Shown one piece after another: positions 44,971 to 54,708 of a DNA stretch of 64,000 bases; the first letter of the stretch is position 1, and the number at the start of each line of letters is the position of its first letter. Source of the DNA: Candidatus Latescibacterota bacterium (GTDB lineage: Bacteria; Latescibacterota; UBA2968; UBA8231); NCBI GenBank assembly GCA_016187725.1, contig JACPJE010000043.1, positions 26,086 to 90,085 of the forward strand. The letters run 5' to 3'. Under the pieces are notes generated by a model. That model worked only from the letters and a program-made list of their open reading frames with translations, ran no database searches and was not told the DNA's origin. Position numbers and translations under genes: made by a program.

Positions 44971-45089
44971 GGTTCAGCCGCGGCGCTGCTTCCAGCGAAC
45001 TCCTCCAGCGTCTTCTCGTCGGGTGGATAGGTGCCCACGATGCTGGCTCCGCCGCGGATCTTCTCGATGATGAAGTCCTCCTTCTCTTC

Positions 45090-46148
45090 TCAGCGGATCT
45101 TGCCGCGGGCGGCTATGGGCCAGACGGCCTCGACCCGGCCCTGGCGCAGGGCGACCAGTTCGTCGTGTTCGTTGACGCAGGGGCAGGGGTGCACGGGCAG
45201 CACCTGGACCCGCTCGCCGATCCGGGGCTTGGTGTCGCAGGCCGAGACGTCGACGTGGCCGTGCTCCTCCGAGGCGCTGTGGAAGCGGGCCTGGGGGTAC
45301 TCGACGATGTACCCCATGCTCGAGCCTTCCCCATCCTGGATGACCGAGGCGCTGAGGGATTTGCTGCCCCCGTCGAGGATGGCCCGGTCCGGGGTGGGCC
45401 GGCTGACCACGGTCATCAGCACCCGCAGGGCACACTGGGCCACGCTGTGGGTGCCGCGCCGCAGGTGCCCCACCCCGCCCACGCAGTACTCGCCGGCCCG
45501 GTGCTCGGTCAGTTCGGGGACTTGGTGGGCGCTCAGGGCGCTGGCGGTGCTGCCGCCGCTGACGATGGGATGGGGCAGGCCGGCCCGGTCGTAGAGGGCC
45601 AGGGTCTCCTGGAGCAGGGGGCGGGTCTGGACACTGGTGGGGAAGGCCATCAGGCCGCGCAGTTCCAGGCCCGGGGACTGGGCGATCTGCTGGGCCAGTT
45701 CCAGGGCTGCCTGGGGCGTGGGCACCCCGGCCCGGCTGCCGACGCCCAGTTCCACCACCACGCCCACGGTGGCGCCGGCCCGGTGGGCGGCGGCGGAGAG
45801 CCCTTCGACGGTGTAGGCGGAGTCGGCGGCCACACTGAGGCGGGTGCGCCGGCTGAGGGCCACCAGCCGGTCGAGTTTGAGGGCGCCGACGATGTTGTAG
45901 GGGATGAGCACGTCCTGGTCCACCCCGCCGGCCACCATGACCTCGGCCTCGCCCAGTTTCTGGCAGGTGATGCCGATGGCCCCCCGCTTCATCTGCTGGT
46001 GGGCGATGGCCAGGGTCTTGTGGGTCTTGATGTGGGGGCGCAGGCCGATCTGGTGCTGGGTGAAATAGCGTTGGTAGCGGTCGAGGTTTTCTTCCAGGCT
46101 GTCCAGATCCACGATCAGGACGGGAGTGTCGAGGTCTTCCACGCGCAT
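45090..46148 (-). CDS. D-threonine aldolase/D-serine dehydratase-like PLP enzyme (alanine racemase N-terminal fold)
   Basis: LDTPVLIVDLD..LRPHIKTHK (PLP Lys) ..EEHGHV.., 352 aa. Confidence 0.8.
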   Translation of the reverse strand: MRVEDLDTPVLIVDLDSLEENLDRYQRYFTQHQIGLRPHIKTHKTLAIAHQQMKRGAIGITCQKLGEAEVMVAGGVDQDVLIPYNIVGALKLDRLVALSRRTRLSVAADSAYTVEGLSAAAHRAGATVGVVVELGVGSRAGVPTPQAALELAQQIAQSPGLELRGLMAFPTSVQTRPLLQETLALYDRAGLPHPIVSGGSTASALSAHQVPELTEHRAGEYCVGGVGHLRRGTHSVAQCALRVLMTVVSRPTPDRAILDGGSKSLSASVIQDGEGSSMGYIVEYPQARFHSASEEHGHVDVSACDTKPRIGERVQVLPVHPCPCVNEHDELVALRQGRVEAVWPIAARGKIR

Positions 46149-46225
46149 GGCGGGTTCTCCTTCGGGGGTGGTTGCGCGGACAGGGGCGCCGGGAGTACTC
46201 TAATACACACTCCCCCCTCCGGTCA

Positions 46226-46786
46226 ATGCTCTCTATGCCCATCGATCTGCGCCCTCCTCCTCCCACGGTCCTCATCGCCGCGATCATGGCGCCCGACGAG
46301 CAGGTGTTGGGGCAGGCCAGGGAGGCGCTGGCCGAGCGCATCGCCCCGATCCGCAAGGTGGGGCCGGTCTATGCCTTCGACTACAGCACCTACTACGAAA
46401 AAGAGATGGGCGCCGGATTGCTCAAACAGCTGGTGTGGTTCGAGGGGTTGGTGGACCCGGCGGTGCTGGTGCAGGTGAAGCATCAGACCATGGAATTGGA
46501 GAAGGAACTGGGTCGCCGGGAAGGGGGAGAAGTGCGGCGGCGGGCCAATCTCGATCCGGGCTTAGTGACCATCGAGAGCCTGGTGCTGGCCAGCACCAAA
46601 TACAGCGGGCACCGGGCCTGCATCGGGCCCGGGCTCTACGCCGAGGTCACCCTGCTCTTTCAGCAAGGGCAGTACCGGCCGCTGGAGTGGACCTACCGGG
46701 ATTTCCGCACCGAGCAGGCCCAGGCCTTTCTGCTGGAGGTCCGCGCCTGGCTGCTGCCCAGGCGGGTCAGGGGTGGGGCGCCATGA
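46226..46786 (+). CDS. DUF4416 family protein
   Basis: FDYSTYYEKEMG..ANLDPGLVT..LVLASTKYSGHRACIGPGLYAEVTL..WTYRDF pattern. Start at ATG 46226 or 46235. Confidence 0.75.
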   Translation: MLSMPIDLRPPPPTVLIAAIMAPDEQVLGQAREALAERIAPIRKVGPVYAFDYSTYYEKEMGAGLLKQLVWFEGLVDPAVLVQVKHQTMELEKELGRREGGEVRRRANLDPGLVTIESLVLASTKYSGHRACIGPGLYAEVTLLFQQGQYRPLEWTYRDFRTEQAQAFLLEVRAWLLPRRVRGGAP

Positions 46787-47084
46787 ACACCAGCACCACC
46801 AGGCGCTGGCCGCCGGTATTGACCACCCCGTGATCCTCGCCGGGCGGGCAGCGCACCGCCAGGCCCGGTCCCAGTTCGCGCTCTTCCGCGCCCACCGAAA
46901 AGGTCCCCTTGCCTTCGAGTACGCAGTAGATCTTGTCCGCCCCCTCGTGGGCGTGCGGGGCCTGGGACTGGCCCGGCTCGAAGCAGTAGATGTCGCAGAA
47001 CATCCGGGGGCTGTCGAAGATGTTCACCTTCTGGAATTTGGCCGGGGCAAAGCGCTGTCGGGCGGCCAGTTCGACGACCTGCAT
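46767..47084 (-). CDS. Cupin domain protein
   Basis: 105 aa, with the cupin metal motif G.S.APHAHEGADKIYCVLEG... Confidence 0.75.
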   Translation of the reverse strand: MQVVELAARQRFAPAKFQKVNIFDSPRMFCDIYCFEPGQSQAPHAHEGADKIYCVLEGKGTFSVGAEERELGPGLAVRCPPGEDHGVVNTGGQRLVVLVFMAPHP

Positions 47085-47088
47085 GGGT

Positions 47089-48222
47089 TCAGCTCCGCTT
47101 ATCTACAGGGATGAAGGGGCGCTGGTCCGTCCCGCGGTACAGGTGAGCGGGCCGGATCAGCCGGTTGCGGGAGAGTTGCTCGATGACGTGGGCGGCCCAG
47201 CCGGCCACCCGGCTGGAGACGAAGATGGGGGTGTAGAGCGGGATGGGGATTTTCATCAGATAGTAGGTGTAGGCGCAGGGGAAATCCAGGTTGGGGTGGA
47301 TGCCCTTCTGCGCGAGCATGGTCCGCTCGACGATCTCAGCCACTTCGATCCAGCGGGTGTCGCCCACCGCGGCGGCCACCTGGCGGCCCACCTTTTTCAT
47401 CGCCGGCACCCGCGAATCCCCGTGCTTATACTCGCGGTGACCAAAGCCCATGATCTTCTTCTTTTTGGCCAACGCGTCCAGCACCCAGGCCTCGGCCTGT
47501 TCCACGGTGCCGATCTCCATGAGCATGTGCATGGCCGCCTCGTTGGCCCCGCCGTGAAGGGGGCCGGCCAGGGCGCCGATGGCCGCAGTGACGGCGCTGT
47601 AGAGGTCGCTGAGGGTGGAGATCACCACCCGGGCGGTGAAGGTGGAGGCGTTGAAGCCGTGCTCGGAGTAGAGGATCAGCGAGACGTCGAGGGCCCGGGT
47701 CTCGTGGGGGGCCGGCTCGCTGCCGCGCAGCATGTAGAGCAGGTTGCCGGCCTGGCCCAGGTGCGGGTGGGGAGCAATCGGCTGCAACCCCTGGCTGAAG
47801 CGGTGACCGGCGGCGATGATCAGGGGGATCTTGGCCAGCAGGCGCAGGGTCTTGCGGATATTGGCCTGGGGGCTGTTGTCTCGGGCCTCCGGGTCGAAGA
47901 AGGCCAGGGCCGAGACCGCGGTGCGCAAGAGGTCCATAGGATGGGCATCGGCGGGCGCCTGGTTCAACAGATCTGCGATCTGGGGGGGCAGGGTGCGCTC
48001 GGTCTGCAGGGCGGTCCCGAACTCCTCCAGCTGGGCGCGGGTGGGCAGTTCACCGTGGAGCAGGAGATAGGCCACCTCTTCGTAGGCAGCCCCTTCGGTC
48101 AGGCTCTCCAGGTCGTAGCCGCAGATGAGCAGGCGGTTGCGCTCGGCGTCGATGCGCGAGAGGGCCGACTCGCCGGCGATGACGCCTTCGAGGCCGGGGC
48201 TGTACGCGGGTTTTTCTGACAT
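47089..48222 (-). CDS. prpC: Citrate synthase family enzyme, probably 2-methylcitrate synthase
   Basis: GPLHGGANE, GFGHREYK and DPR-like motifs. Directly downstream of prpB. Confidence 0.85.
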   Translation of the reverse strand: MSEKPAYSPGLEGVIAGESALSRIDAERNRLLICGYDLESLTEGAAYEEVAYLLLHGELPTRAQLEEFGTALQTERTLPPQIADLLNQAPADAHPMDLLRTAVSALAFFDPEARDNSPQANIRKTLRLLAKIPLIIAAGHRFSQGLQPIAPHPHLGQAGNLLYMLRGSEPAPHETRALDVSLILYSEHGFNASTFTARVVISTLSDLYSAVTAAIGALAGPLHGGANEAAMHMLMEIGTVEQAEAWVLDALAKKKKIMGFGHREYKHGDSRVPAMKKVGRQVAAAVGDTRWIEVAEIVERTMLAQKGIHPNLDFPCAYTYYLMKIPIPLYTPIFVSSRVAGWAAHVIEQLSRNRLIRPAHLYRGTDQRPFIPVDKRS

Positions 48223-48241
48223 GTAGTGTCCTCCGGTGGTT

Positions 48242-49144
48242 CTAGCGCTCTGGAAAACGGGCGGCCAGGGCGGCGTCGAACTGGGTGTACTGGGAGTACT
48301 GGAGCAGTTCGTAGAGTTCCTGGCGGGTCTGCAACTGGTCGAGGAAGTGAGCTTGGGTGCCGGTGTCGCGCAACTGGCGGAAGGTCTGCTCCACGGCTTT
48401 CATCATCGCCCGGAAGGCGGTCATCGGGAAGATGACCATGCGGTAACCCAGGGCGGCGAACTGGGCGACCGTGAGGTAGGGCGTCTTGCCGAACTCGGTC
48501 ATGTTGGCCAGCAGGGGCGCCTTGACCGCCTCGGCGTAGCGGCCGAATTCCTCGGGGGTCTGCAGGGCTTCGGGGAAGATCGCGTCGGCCCCGGCCTCCA
48601 GGTAGCGCAAGCCCCGCTCGATGCTGGTCTCCAGGCCTTCCACGGCGCGGGCGTCGGTGCGGGCGATGAGCAGGAAGTCGGGATGACGGCGGGCCTGGGC
48701 GGCGGCGGCCAGCTTGCGCTCCATCTCCGCCGGCGAAATGAGGGCCTTGCCTTCCAGATGGCCGCAGCGCTTGGGCGCCTGCTGGTCCTCCAGGTGGAGG
48801 CCGGCCAGGCCGGCCTGCTCAAAGGCCTGGACCGTGCGCATCACATTCATCGCTTCCCCGTACCCGGTGTCCGCGTCGCAGATGGCCGGCACCTGCACCG
48901 CCTGGGCGATGTACCCGGCCTGGCGGGCTATCTCGTCCATGCCCAGGAGGCCGATGTCGGGATACCCGGACAAACCGTTGGTCAGGCCGGCGCCCGAGAT
49001 GTAGACCGCCGCAAAGCCCAGCTGCTGGGCGAGCATGGCCACCGGCGCATTGAAGGCCCCGGGCATGACCACGGTCCCCTCGGCGATGAGCCGGCGCAGG
49101 GCGCGGGGCTTGTCGACCGGCGGGTCAGGCGATCTGAGCAACAT
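48242..49144 (-). CDS. prpB: Methylisocitrate lyase
   Basis: AFNAP.A..A...GF.AVYISGAG, CDADTGYG and KRCGHLEGK motifs. Confidence 0.9.
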   Translation of the reverse strand: MLLRSPDPPVDKPRALRRLIAEGTVVMPGAFNAPVAMLAQQLGFAAVYISGAGLTNGLSGYPDIGLLGMDEIARQAGYIAQAVQVPAICDADTGYGEAMNVMRTVQAFEQAGLAGLHLEDQQAPKRCGHLEGKALISPAEMERKLAAAAQARRHPDFLLIARTDARAVEGLETSIERGLRYLEAGADAIFPEALQTPEEFGRYAEAVKAPLLANMTEFGKTPYLTVAQFAALGYRMVIFPMTAFRAMMKAVEQTFRQLRDTGTQAHFLDQLQTRQELYELLQYSQYTQFDAALAARFPER

Positions 49145-49154
49145 AACAACCTCC

Positions 49155-49239
49155 GTAGGGGGCGGGTTTGAAACCCGCCCCTACCTCAAACCCGCCCTTA
49201 CATCTGGGGCGTCTGGGATGGTTTGAGACCCGCCCTCAC
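49155..49239. repeat. REP-like palindromic element, copy 2, plus two downstream half-copies
   Basis: GTAGGGGGCGGGTTT-G-AAACCCGCCCCTAC (49155-49184), then TCAAACCCGCCCTTAC (49186-49201) and GTTTGAGACCCGCCCTCAC (49221-49239). The last overlaps the purA stop. Confidence 0.55.
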
Positions 49240-50513
49240 ACCTCGATGGTGGAATCGCGTTCGGGGCCCACCGAGACCAGGGAGACCGGGGTGCGGCTCA
49301 GGTGGGCGATGCGCTCCACGTAGCGGCGGGCCTGCAGAGGCAGGTCCCCGAAGCGCCGCACCTGGGTGGTGGGGGTGTTCCAGCCCTCTACTTCCTCGTA
49401 GATGGGGACGCACTCTTCCAGCGCCCTGGGGTCCAGGGGAAAGTCGTTCAGCACCCGGCCCTCCAACTGGTAGCCGGTGCACAGCTTGAGCTGCGGGAAG
49501 GAGTCCAGCACGTCGAGCCGGGTCAGCGCCAGGCTGGTCAGGCCGTTGATGCGCGCCGAGAGGCGCAGGATGGGGGCGTCGAACCAGCCGCAGCGGCGCG
49601 AACGGCCGGTGGTGGCCCCGTATTCGTGCCCCACTTCGCGGAGGCGCTCGCCGGTCTGGTCGAGCAACTCGGTGGGGAAGGGGCCGTTGCCCACCCGGGT
49701 GGTGTAGGCCTTGGTGACGCCGATGATCTGGTCGATGCGGGTGGGGCCGATGCCGGTGCCGGTGCAGGCTCCGCCGGCGGTGGTGCTGGAGGAGGTGACA
49801 AAGGGATAGGTGCCGTGGTCGATGTCCAGCAGGGTACCCTGCGCCCCCTCGCACAGCACGGTTCTGCCCTGGTCCAGGGCCTCGTTGAGCAAAAGCGAGG
49901 TGTCGGCGATATAGGGCCGCAGCCGCGCGGCATGGCCCAGGTAGGCCTCGATGATGGGCGCCTCCTCCAGGGGGGCATGATCGTAGAGGCGGCGCAGCAG
50001 CTCGTTCTTGGCGGCGATGGCGGCCCGCAGCTTCTGGCGCAGGTGGTCGGGGTCGAGCATGTCCACCACCCGCACGCCCTGGGCGCGCTCCACCTTGTCG
50101 CGGTAGCAGGGGCCGATGCCCCGGCCGGTGGTGCCGATCTTGTCGCTGCCCAGGCCTTCTTCAGCCAGCTTGTCCAGCAGCTTGTGGTAGGGCATGACCA
50201 GGTGGGCGTTGTGGCTGATGAAGAGCCGGCCGGCGGTGGAAATGCCCTTGGCCTGCAGTTCCTCGGCCTCCTGGAGCAGGGCCTCGGGATCCACCACCAC
50301 GCCGTTGCCGATCACGCAGGTCTTGCCCGGGTGCATGATCCCCGAGGGGATCATGTGGAAGACAAAGGTGGTGTCCCCCACCTTGACGGTGTGGCCGGCG
50401 TTGGCCCCGCCCTGGTAGCGCACCACCAGGTCGGCGCCCAGGGTCAGATAGTCGACTACCTTGGCCTTGCCCTCATCTCCCCACTGCGCTCCCAGCACTA
50501 CTTTGGTCGGCAT
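49236..50513 (-). CDS. purA: Adenylosuccinate synthase
   Basis: MPTKVVLGAQWGDEGKAKVVD..GGANAGHT..GTTGRGIGP... Start at ATG 50513; the 829-aa track ORF is an upstream extension through serA. Confidence 0.95.
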   Translation of the reverse strand: MPTKVVLGAQWGDEGKAKVVDYLTLGADLVVRYQGGANAGHTVKVGDTTFVFHMIPSGIMHPGKTCVIGNGVVVDPEALLQEAEELQAKGISTAGRLFISHNAHLVMPYHKLLDKLAEEGLGSDKIGTTGRGIGPCYRDKVERAQGVRVVDMLDPDHLRQKLRAAIAAKNELLRRLYDHAPLEEAPIIEAYLGHAARLRPYIADTSLLLNEALDQGRTVLCEGAQGTLLDIDHGTYPFVTSSSTTAGGACTGTGIGPTRIDQIIGVTKAYTTRVGNGPFPTELLDQTGERLREVGHEYGATTGRSRRCGWFDAPILRLSARINGLTSLALTRLDVLDSFPQLKLCTGYQLEGRVLNDFPLDPRALEECVPIYEEVEGWNTPTTQVRRFGDLPLQARRYVERIAHLSRTPVSLVSVGPERDSTIEV

Positions 50514-50524
50514 CGGTCTTCCTT

Positions 50525-52102
50525 CTAGAGGCTGATTTGCTTGGCCCAGACGATGTTGCTGTGGGCCAGGATCTCGGCCAGCACCGCGTCGGGGATGAGG
50601 CTGTCCACGTTGAGGACGGTCAGGGCCCGGCCGCCCACCTGATGGCGGCCGCAGGACATCTGGGCGATGTTGACGCGATGCGAGCCCATCACCGTGCCGA
50701 TGCGGCCGATCACGCCGGGGACGTCTTCGTTGATGTAGAAGAGCATGTGGCCTTCGGGGATGGCGTCGAGGCTGTACTCGTCGAGTCGCACCAGGCGCGG
50801 GTTGCTCTTGCCGAAGAGGGTGCCCGAAGTGATGCGCCGGGCAGTGGCGGTCTGGTAGATCACCGTGATCAGGCTGGCGTAGTCCTCGTGCTCGCTGCTC
50901 TTCAACTCGTCGACCCGCACCCCGCGCTGCTGGGCAAAGAGGGGGGCGTTGACGAAATTGACCGGTTCGTCGGAGATGTTCCCCATGATGCCCTTGAGCA
51001 CCGCCGCGGTCAGGGGCGAGGTGGGCATGGCGGTCACGTCGCCGTGGTACTCGACGGTGATGCGCTCCAGCTGGCCCTCGCTCAACTGGGCCTGGATCCG
51101 GCCCAGGCGCTCGGCCAGTTCGATGAAGGGGCGGAGTTTCTGGTAGGCTTCCGGTTCCACCGAGGGGACATTGACCGCGTTGCGGATGACCCCATTGAGC
51201 AGCGCGTCGCTCACCTGCTCGGCGATCTGCAGGGCCACGGTGGCCTGGGCTTCGCGGGTGGAGGCGCCCAGGTGGGGGGTGCAGATCACCCGCTCGTGGG
51301 TCACCAGCCCGGTGAGACCGGGCGGCTCCTCCACAAAGACGTCCAGCGCCGCGCCGGCCACCTTGCCGCGGTCGAGGGCGCGCAGCAGCTCGGCCTCGTC
51401 GATGATGCCGCCGCGCGCGCAGTTGAGCAAAAAGACCCCCTCCTTGCACTGGGCCAGTTGCGGACCCGAGATGAGGTGGCGGGTCTGGGCGGTGAGGGGC
51501 AGGTGGACGGTGATGAAGTCGGCCTCGGCGTAGATCTGCTCGAGGGGGGCCATCTGGGTCCCGAAAGACAGGGACATCTCCTCGGAGACAAAGGGGTCGT
51601 AGCCCAGGACCTTCATCTTGAAGGACGAGGCCCGCAAGGCCACCTCGCGGCCCACCTTGCCCAGGCCGAGGACGCCGATGGTCTTGCCGGCCAGCTCCAC
51701 CCCGGTGTAGCGACTGCGGTCCCACTTGCCGGCCTTGAGCGAGGCGGTGGCCTGGGGGATGTTGCGGGCCAGGGCCATCAGCATGGCAAAGGAGTGCTCG
51801 GCGGTGGAGACCGAATTGCCCCCCGGGGTGTTCATGGCGATGACTCCGTGGCGGGTAGCCGCGGCCACGTCGATGTTGTCCACCCCGGCCCCGGCGCGGC
51901 CCACCACCTTCAGGCGCCGGGCGGCCCGGAGGAGGTCTTCGTTCACCTGGGTGCTGCTGCGCACGATCAGGCCCTCGTACTGGCCGATGAGGCGCTGCAA
52001 CTCTTCGGGAGCGAGGCCGGGCAGCTGGTCCACCTCGAGGCCGCGCTGGGTCAGGATGGCGGCGCAGCCGGCTTCTAGTTTTTCGCTGATCAGGACTTTC
52101 AT
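50525..52102 (-). CDS. serA: D-3-phosphoglycerate dehydrogenase (long form with ASB and ACT domains)
   Basis: MKVLISEKL..GRAGAGVDNID..GLGKVGREVA..CTPHLGAST... C-terminal ACT (INEDVPGVIGRIGTVMG). Confidence 0.9.
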   Translation of the reverse strand: MKVLISEKLEAGCAAILTQRGLEVDQLPGLAPEELQRLIGQYEGLIVRSSTQVNEDLLRAARRLKVVGRAGAGVDNIDVAAATRHGVIAMNTPGGNSVSTAEHSFAMLMALARNIPQATASLKAGKWDRSRYTGVELAGKTIGVLGLGKVGREVALRASSFKMKVLGYDPFVSEEMSLSFGTQMAPLEQIYAEADFITVHLPLTAQTRHLISGPQLAQCKEGVFLLNCARGGIIDEAELLRALDRGKVAGAALDVFVEEPPGLTGLVTHERVICTPHLGASTREAQATVALQIAEQVSDALLNGVIRNAVNVPSVEPEAYQKLRPFIELAERLGRIQAQLSEGQLERITVEYHGDVTAMPTSPLTAAVLKGIMGNISDEPVNFVNAPLFAQQRGVRVDELKSSEHEDYASLITVIYQTATARRITSGTLFGKSNPRLVRLDEYSLDAIPEGHMLFYINEDVPGVIGRIGTVMGSHRVNIAQMSCGRHQVGGRALTVLNVDSLIPDAVLAEILAHSNIVWAKQISL

Positions 52103-52134
52103 TTTACCGCGTTTCAGATGAGATGACGCCACTG

Positions 52135-52163
52135 GCGAGGGCACAACGCGTTGCGCCCCTACC
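52135..52163. repeat. Possible degenerate third copy of the REP-like element
   Basis: Minus strand reads GGTAGGGGCG-CAACGCGTTG-TGCCCTCGCC. The left arm is identical to copy 1 over 10 nt, and the right arm is diverged. Confidence 0.3.
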
Positions 52164-52204
52164 CGGGTGACTCCAGGATGTTCCGACACCCTGAGGCGGT
52201 CCCC

Positions 52205-52795
52205 TTACAAAGATACCCCGGACTCCTGGTAGATCCACTCCAGCGCTTCTTCGCGCCCCTCGCCGGTGACTGCTGAGAAGGGCAGATAGGCCAGTCCGGC
52301 CAGGACGCCGCTGGCGCCCAGCTGGTCGAGGCGCGTGCGCCACTGCTGGCGCGAGAGCTTGTCCAGCTTGGTGAAGACCATCAGGAAGGGCTTGGGGTGT
52401 TCCTTCAGCCAGTCGATCATGGCCAGATCCAGGTCGGTGGGGCCGTGGCGCGCGTCGATCAGCTGGATGATGGCGCGCAATTCGGCGCGGCGCTCCAGAT
52501 ATCCCTGGACCAGCCGGCCCAGCTTGAGGCGCAATTCCACTCCGCCCTTCACAAAGCCGTACCCCGGCAGGTCCACCAGGTAGAGGGCGCTGTCGATGCG
52601 GTAGTAGTTGAGCTGCTGGGTCTTGCCCGGGGTGGAGCTGGTGCGCGCCAGGCTGCGGCGCTGCGCCAGCCGGTTGATCAGCGAAGACTTGCCCACGTTG
52701 GAGCGGCCGGCCAGGGCCACCTCGGGCAAGCCGTCGGCGGGCAGGTCGCCCTGGTCCACCGCGCTCACCACGAACTCCGCAGAGCGGATGTGCAT
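52205..52795 (-). CDS. engB: Ribosome biogenesis GTPase YihA/YsxC
   Basis: EVALAGRSNVGKSSLIN, DLPGYG and TKLDK GTPase motifs. ATG 52795 lies just after the clpX stop. Confidence 0.9.
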   Translation of the reverse strand: MHIRSAEFVVSAVDQGDLPADGLPEVALAGRSNVGKSSLINRLAQRRSLARTSSTPGKTQQLNYYRIDSALYLVDLPGYGFVKGGVELRLKLGRLVQGYLERRAELRAIIQLIDARHGPTDLDLAMIDWLKEHPKPFLMVFTKLDKLSRQQWRTRLDQLGASGVLAGLAYLPFSAVTGEGREEALEWIYQESGVSL

Positions 52796-52799
52796 GGGT

Positions 52800-54065
52800 C
52801 TAGGCCCGCCAGCGCCGGGACTGGTCCTCGCCCTCGTCCTCGTCCTCATCGCTGGCCTGCTCCACGCCCTGGGCGATCACCTCGGCAGTGACCGTGATCT
52901 GGCGCAGCCCTTCCTGCGAAGGGACGTCGTACATGATGTCCATCATCGCCTGCTCCAGCACCGAACGCAGGCCGCGCGCCCCGGTGCCTTTCCTGATGGT
53001 CAGTTCCACCACCTTGCGCAGGGCCTCCTCGGTGAATTCGACCTTCACCCCGTCCATCTCGAAAAGGCGCTGGGTCTGGCGGATGAGGGCGTTCCTGGGC
53101 TCGATGAGGATCTTGAACAGGTCGTCCTTGCTCAGCGGGTCCAGGGTGGTGACCATGGGCAGGCGCCCGACCAGTTCGGGGATGAGGCCAAAGGCCAGCA
53201 GATCCTCGGGCTGCACCAGGGGGAGCACCTCGCCGGGGGTGTCGGCCTGGGGAACCGCGTTTCCCGACCCGAAACCCATGGTGCGCCGGCCCACCCGCTG
53301 GCTGATGAACCGGTCGAGCCCCTCGAAGGCGCCGCCGCAGATGAAGAGGATATTGCGGGTGTTGATCTGGATCATCGGCTGTTCGGGGTGCTTGCGGCCC
53401 CCTTTGGGCGGGATATTGGCCACCGTCCCCTCCAGCAGCTTGAGCAAGGCCTGCTGTACCCCCTCGCCCGAAACGTCCCTGCTGACCGAGGGGGTGGCGT
53501 TCTTGCGGGCGATCTTGTCCACCTCATCCAGGTAGAGGATGCCCTTTTCGGCGCGGGCCACGTCGTAGTCGGCCGCCTGCAGCAGGCCCACCAGGATGTT
53601 CTCGACGTCCTCGCCCACGTATCCGGCCTCGGTGAGGATGGTGGCGTCGGCGATGGAGAAGGGCACCTTGAGCACCTTGGCCAGGGTCTGGGCCAGCAGG
53701 GTCTTGCCGGTGCCCGTGGGGCCGATCAGCAAGATGTTGCTCTTCTCCAGCTCGACGCTGTCGAGGTCCACCCCCGAGCGGATGCGCTTGTAGTGGTTGT
53801 ACACCGCCACCGAGAGCAGTTTCTTGACCTGTTCCTGGCCGATCACGTACTCGTCGAGGAAGGTCTTGATCTCGGGGGGCTTGGGGATCTGGCCCGTGTC
53901 CCAGGGTGTGCTCTGCTTCTTGTTCTCGGCCAGCACCTCGTTGCACAGCCGGACACACTCGTTGCAGATGTAGACCGAGGGGCCGGTGATGATCTTGTCG
54001 ACCTGGCTGGTGTTGCGCCCGCAGAAGGAACAGCGCGGCTCGGGTTTGGGAGGCCGTCGGCGCAC
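52800..54065 (-). CDS. clpX: ATP-dependent Clp protease ATP-binding subunit ClpX
   Basis: Zinc-ribbon [21 protein letters not shown]-loop region (MGFGS). GTG start. Acidic C-terminal tail. Confidence 0.95.
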   Translation of the reverse strand: MRRRPPKPEPRCSFCGRNTSQVDKIITGPSVYICNECVRLCNEVLAENKKQSTPWDTGQIPKPPEIKTFLDEYVIGQEQVKKLLSVAVYNHYKRIRSGVDLDSVELEKSNILLIGPTGTGKTLLAQTLAKVLKVPFSIADATILTEAGYVGEDVENILVGLLQAADYDVARAEKGILYLDEVDKIARKNATPSVSRDVSGEGVQQALLKLLEGTVANIPPKGGRKHPEQPMIQINTRNILFICGGAFEGLDRFISQRVGRRTMGFGSGNAVPQADTPGEVLPLVQPEDLLAFGLIPELVGRLPMVTTLDPLSKDDLFKILIEPRNALIRQTQRLFEMDGVKVEFTEEALRKVVELTIRKGTGARGLRSVLEQAMMDIMYDVPSQEGLRQITVTAEVIAQGVEQASDEDEDEGEDQSRRWRA

Positions 54066-54089
54066 GGGCTTGCCTCTCGTGAAAAGGCC

Positions 54090-54707
54090 TCAGCCGGCGG
54101 CTTCGGCCTTGGGGGCGCCGGCCAGGGCCGCCGGCAGGATGAGGTCGTCGATCAGGCCGTAGTCCTTGGCCTCCTGGGGGCTCATGAAGAAATCGCGCTC
54201 GGTGTCGCGCTGGATGCGTTCCAGCGGCTGGCCGGTGCGCTCTGCCAGGATGTCGTTGATCTGCTGGCGGATCTCGATGATCTCGCGGGCGTGGATTTCG
54301 ATGTCGGCGGCCTGGCCGCCGACACGGCCCATGGGCTGGTGCAGGAGGACGCGGGCGTTGGGCAGGCTCTGGCGCTTGCCCCGGGCCCCGCCGGCCAGCA
54401 GCACCGCCCCCATGCTGGAGGCCTGGCCGATGCAGATGGTGGCCACGTCGTTGGGGATGTACTGCATGGTGTCGTAGATGGCCAGGCCCGCGGTCACCGA
54501 GCCCCCCGGGGTGTTGATGTAGAGGGAGATGTCCTTTTTAGGGTCTTCGGAGGCCAGGTAGAGCAGCTGGGCGATGACCAGGTTGGCGATCATGTCGCCG
54601 ATGGGCGTGCCGATGAAGACGATGCGTTCCTTGAGCAGGCGCGAGTAGATGTCGTAGGAGCGCTCGCCCCTGCCCGTCTGTTCGATGACCATGGGGATCA
54701 GCGACAT
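54090..54707 (-). CDS. clpP: ATP-dependent Clp protease proteolytic subunit
   Basis: [30 protein letters not shown] (Ser-His-Asp context). ATG lies 1 nt after the tig stop. Confidence 0.95.
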   Translation of the reverse strand: MSLIPMVIEQTGRGERSYDIYSRLLKERIVFIGTPIGDMIANLVIAQLLYLASEDPKKDISLYINTPGGSVTAGLAIYDTMQYIPNDVATICIGQASSMGAVLLAGGARGKRQSLPNARVLLHQPMGRVGGQAADIEIHAREIIEIRQQINDILAERTGQPLERIQRDTERDFFMSPQEAKDYGLIDDLILPAALAGAPKAEAAG

Positions 54708-54708
54708 T

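Noticed and set aside
44971-45089. In-frame open reading continues after the TGA of the D-TA-family gene (EEKEDFIIEKIRGGASIVGTYPPDEKTLEEF...). I considered selenocysteine or read-through.
   Set aside because: The protein already ends at the usual family C-terminus (..WPIAARGKIR). I saw no SECIS-like hairpin right after the TGA, and the extension has no start codon or recognisable domain.
44193-46478. 761-aa plus-strand ORF starting at the ROK kinase start, and the 460-aa minus ORF 44974-46356.
   Set aside because: Only the first ~92 codons of the 761-aa ORF are ROK-like. After the deletion junction it runs out of frame and then antisense through the D-threonine-aldolase-like gene. The 460-aa ORF is an out-of-frame shadow of that same gene.
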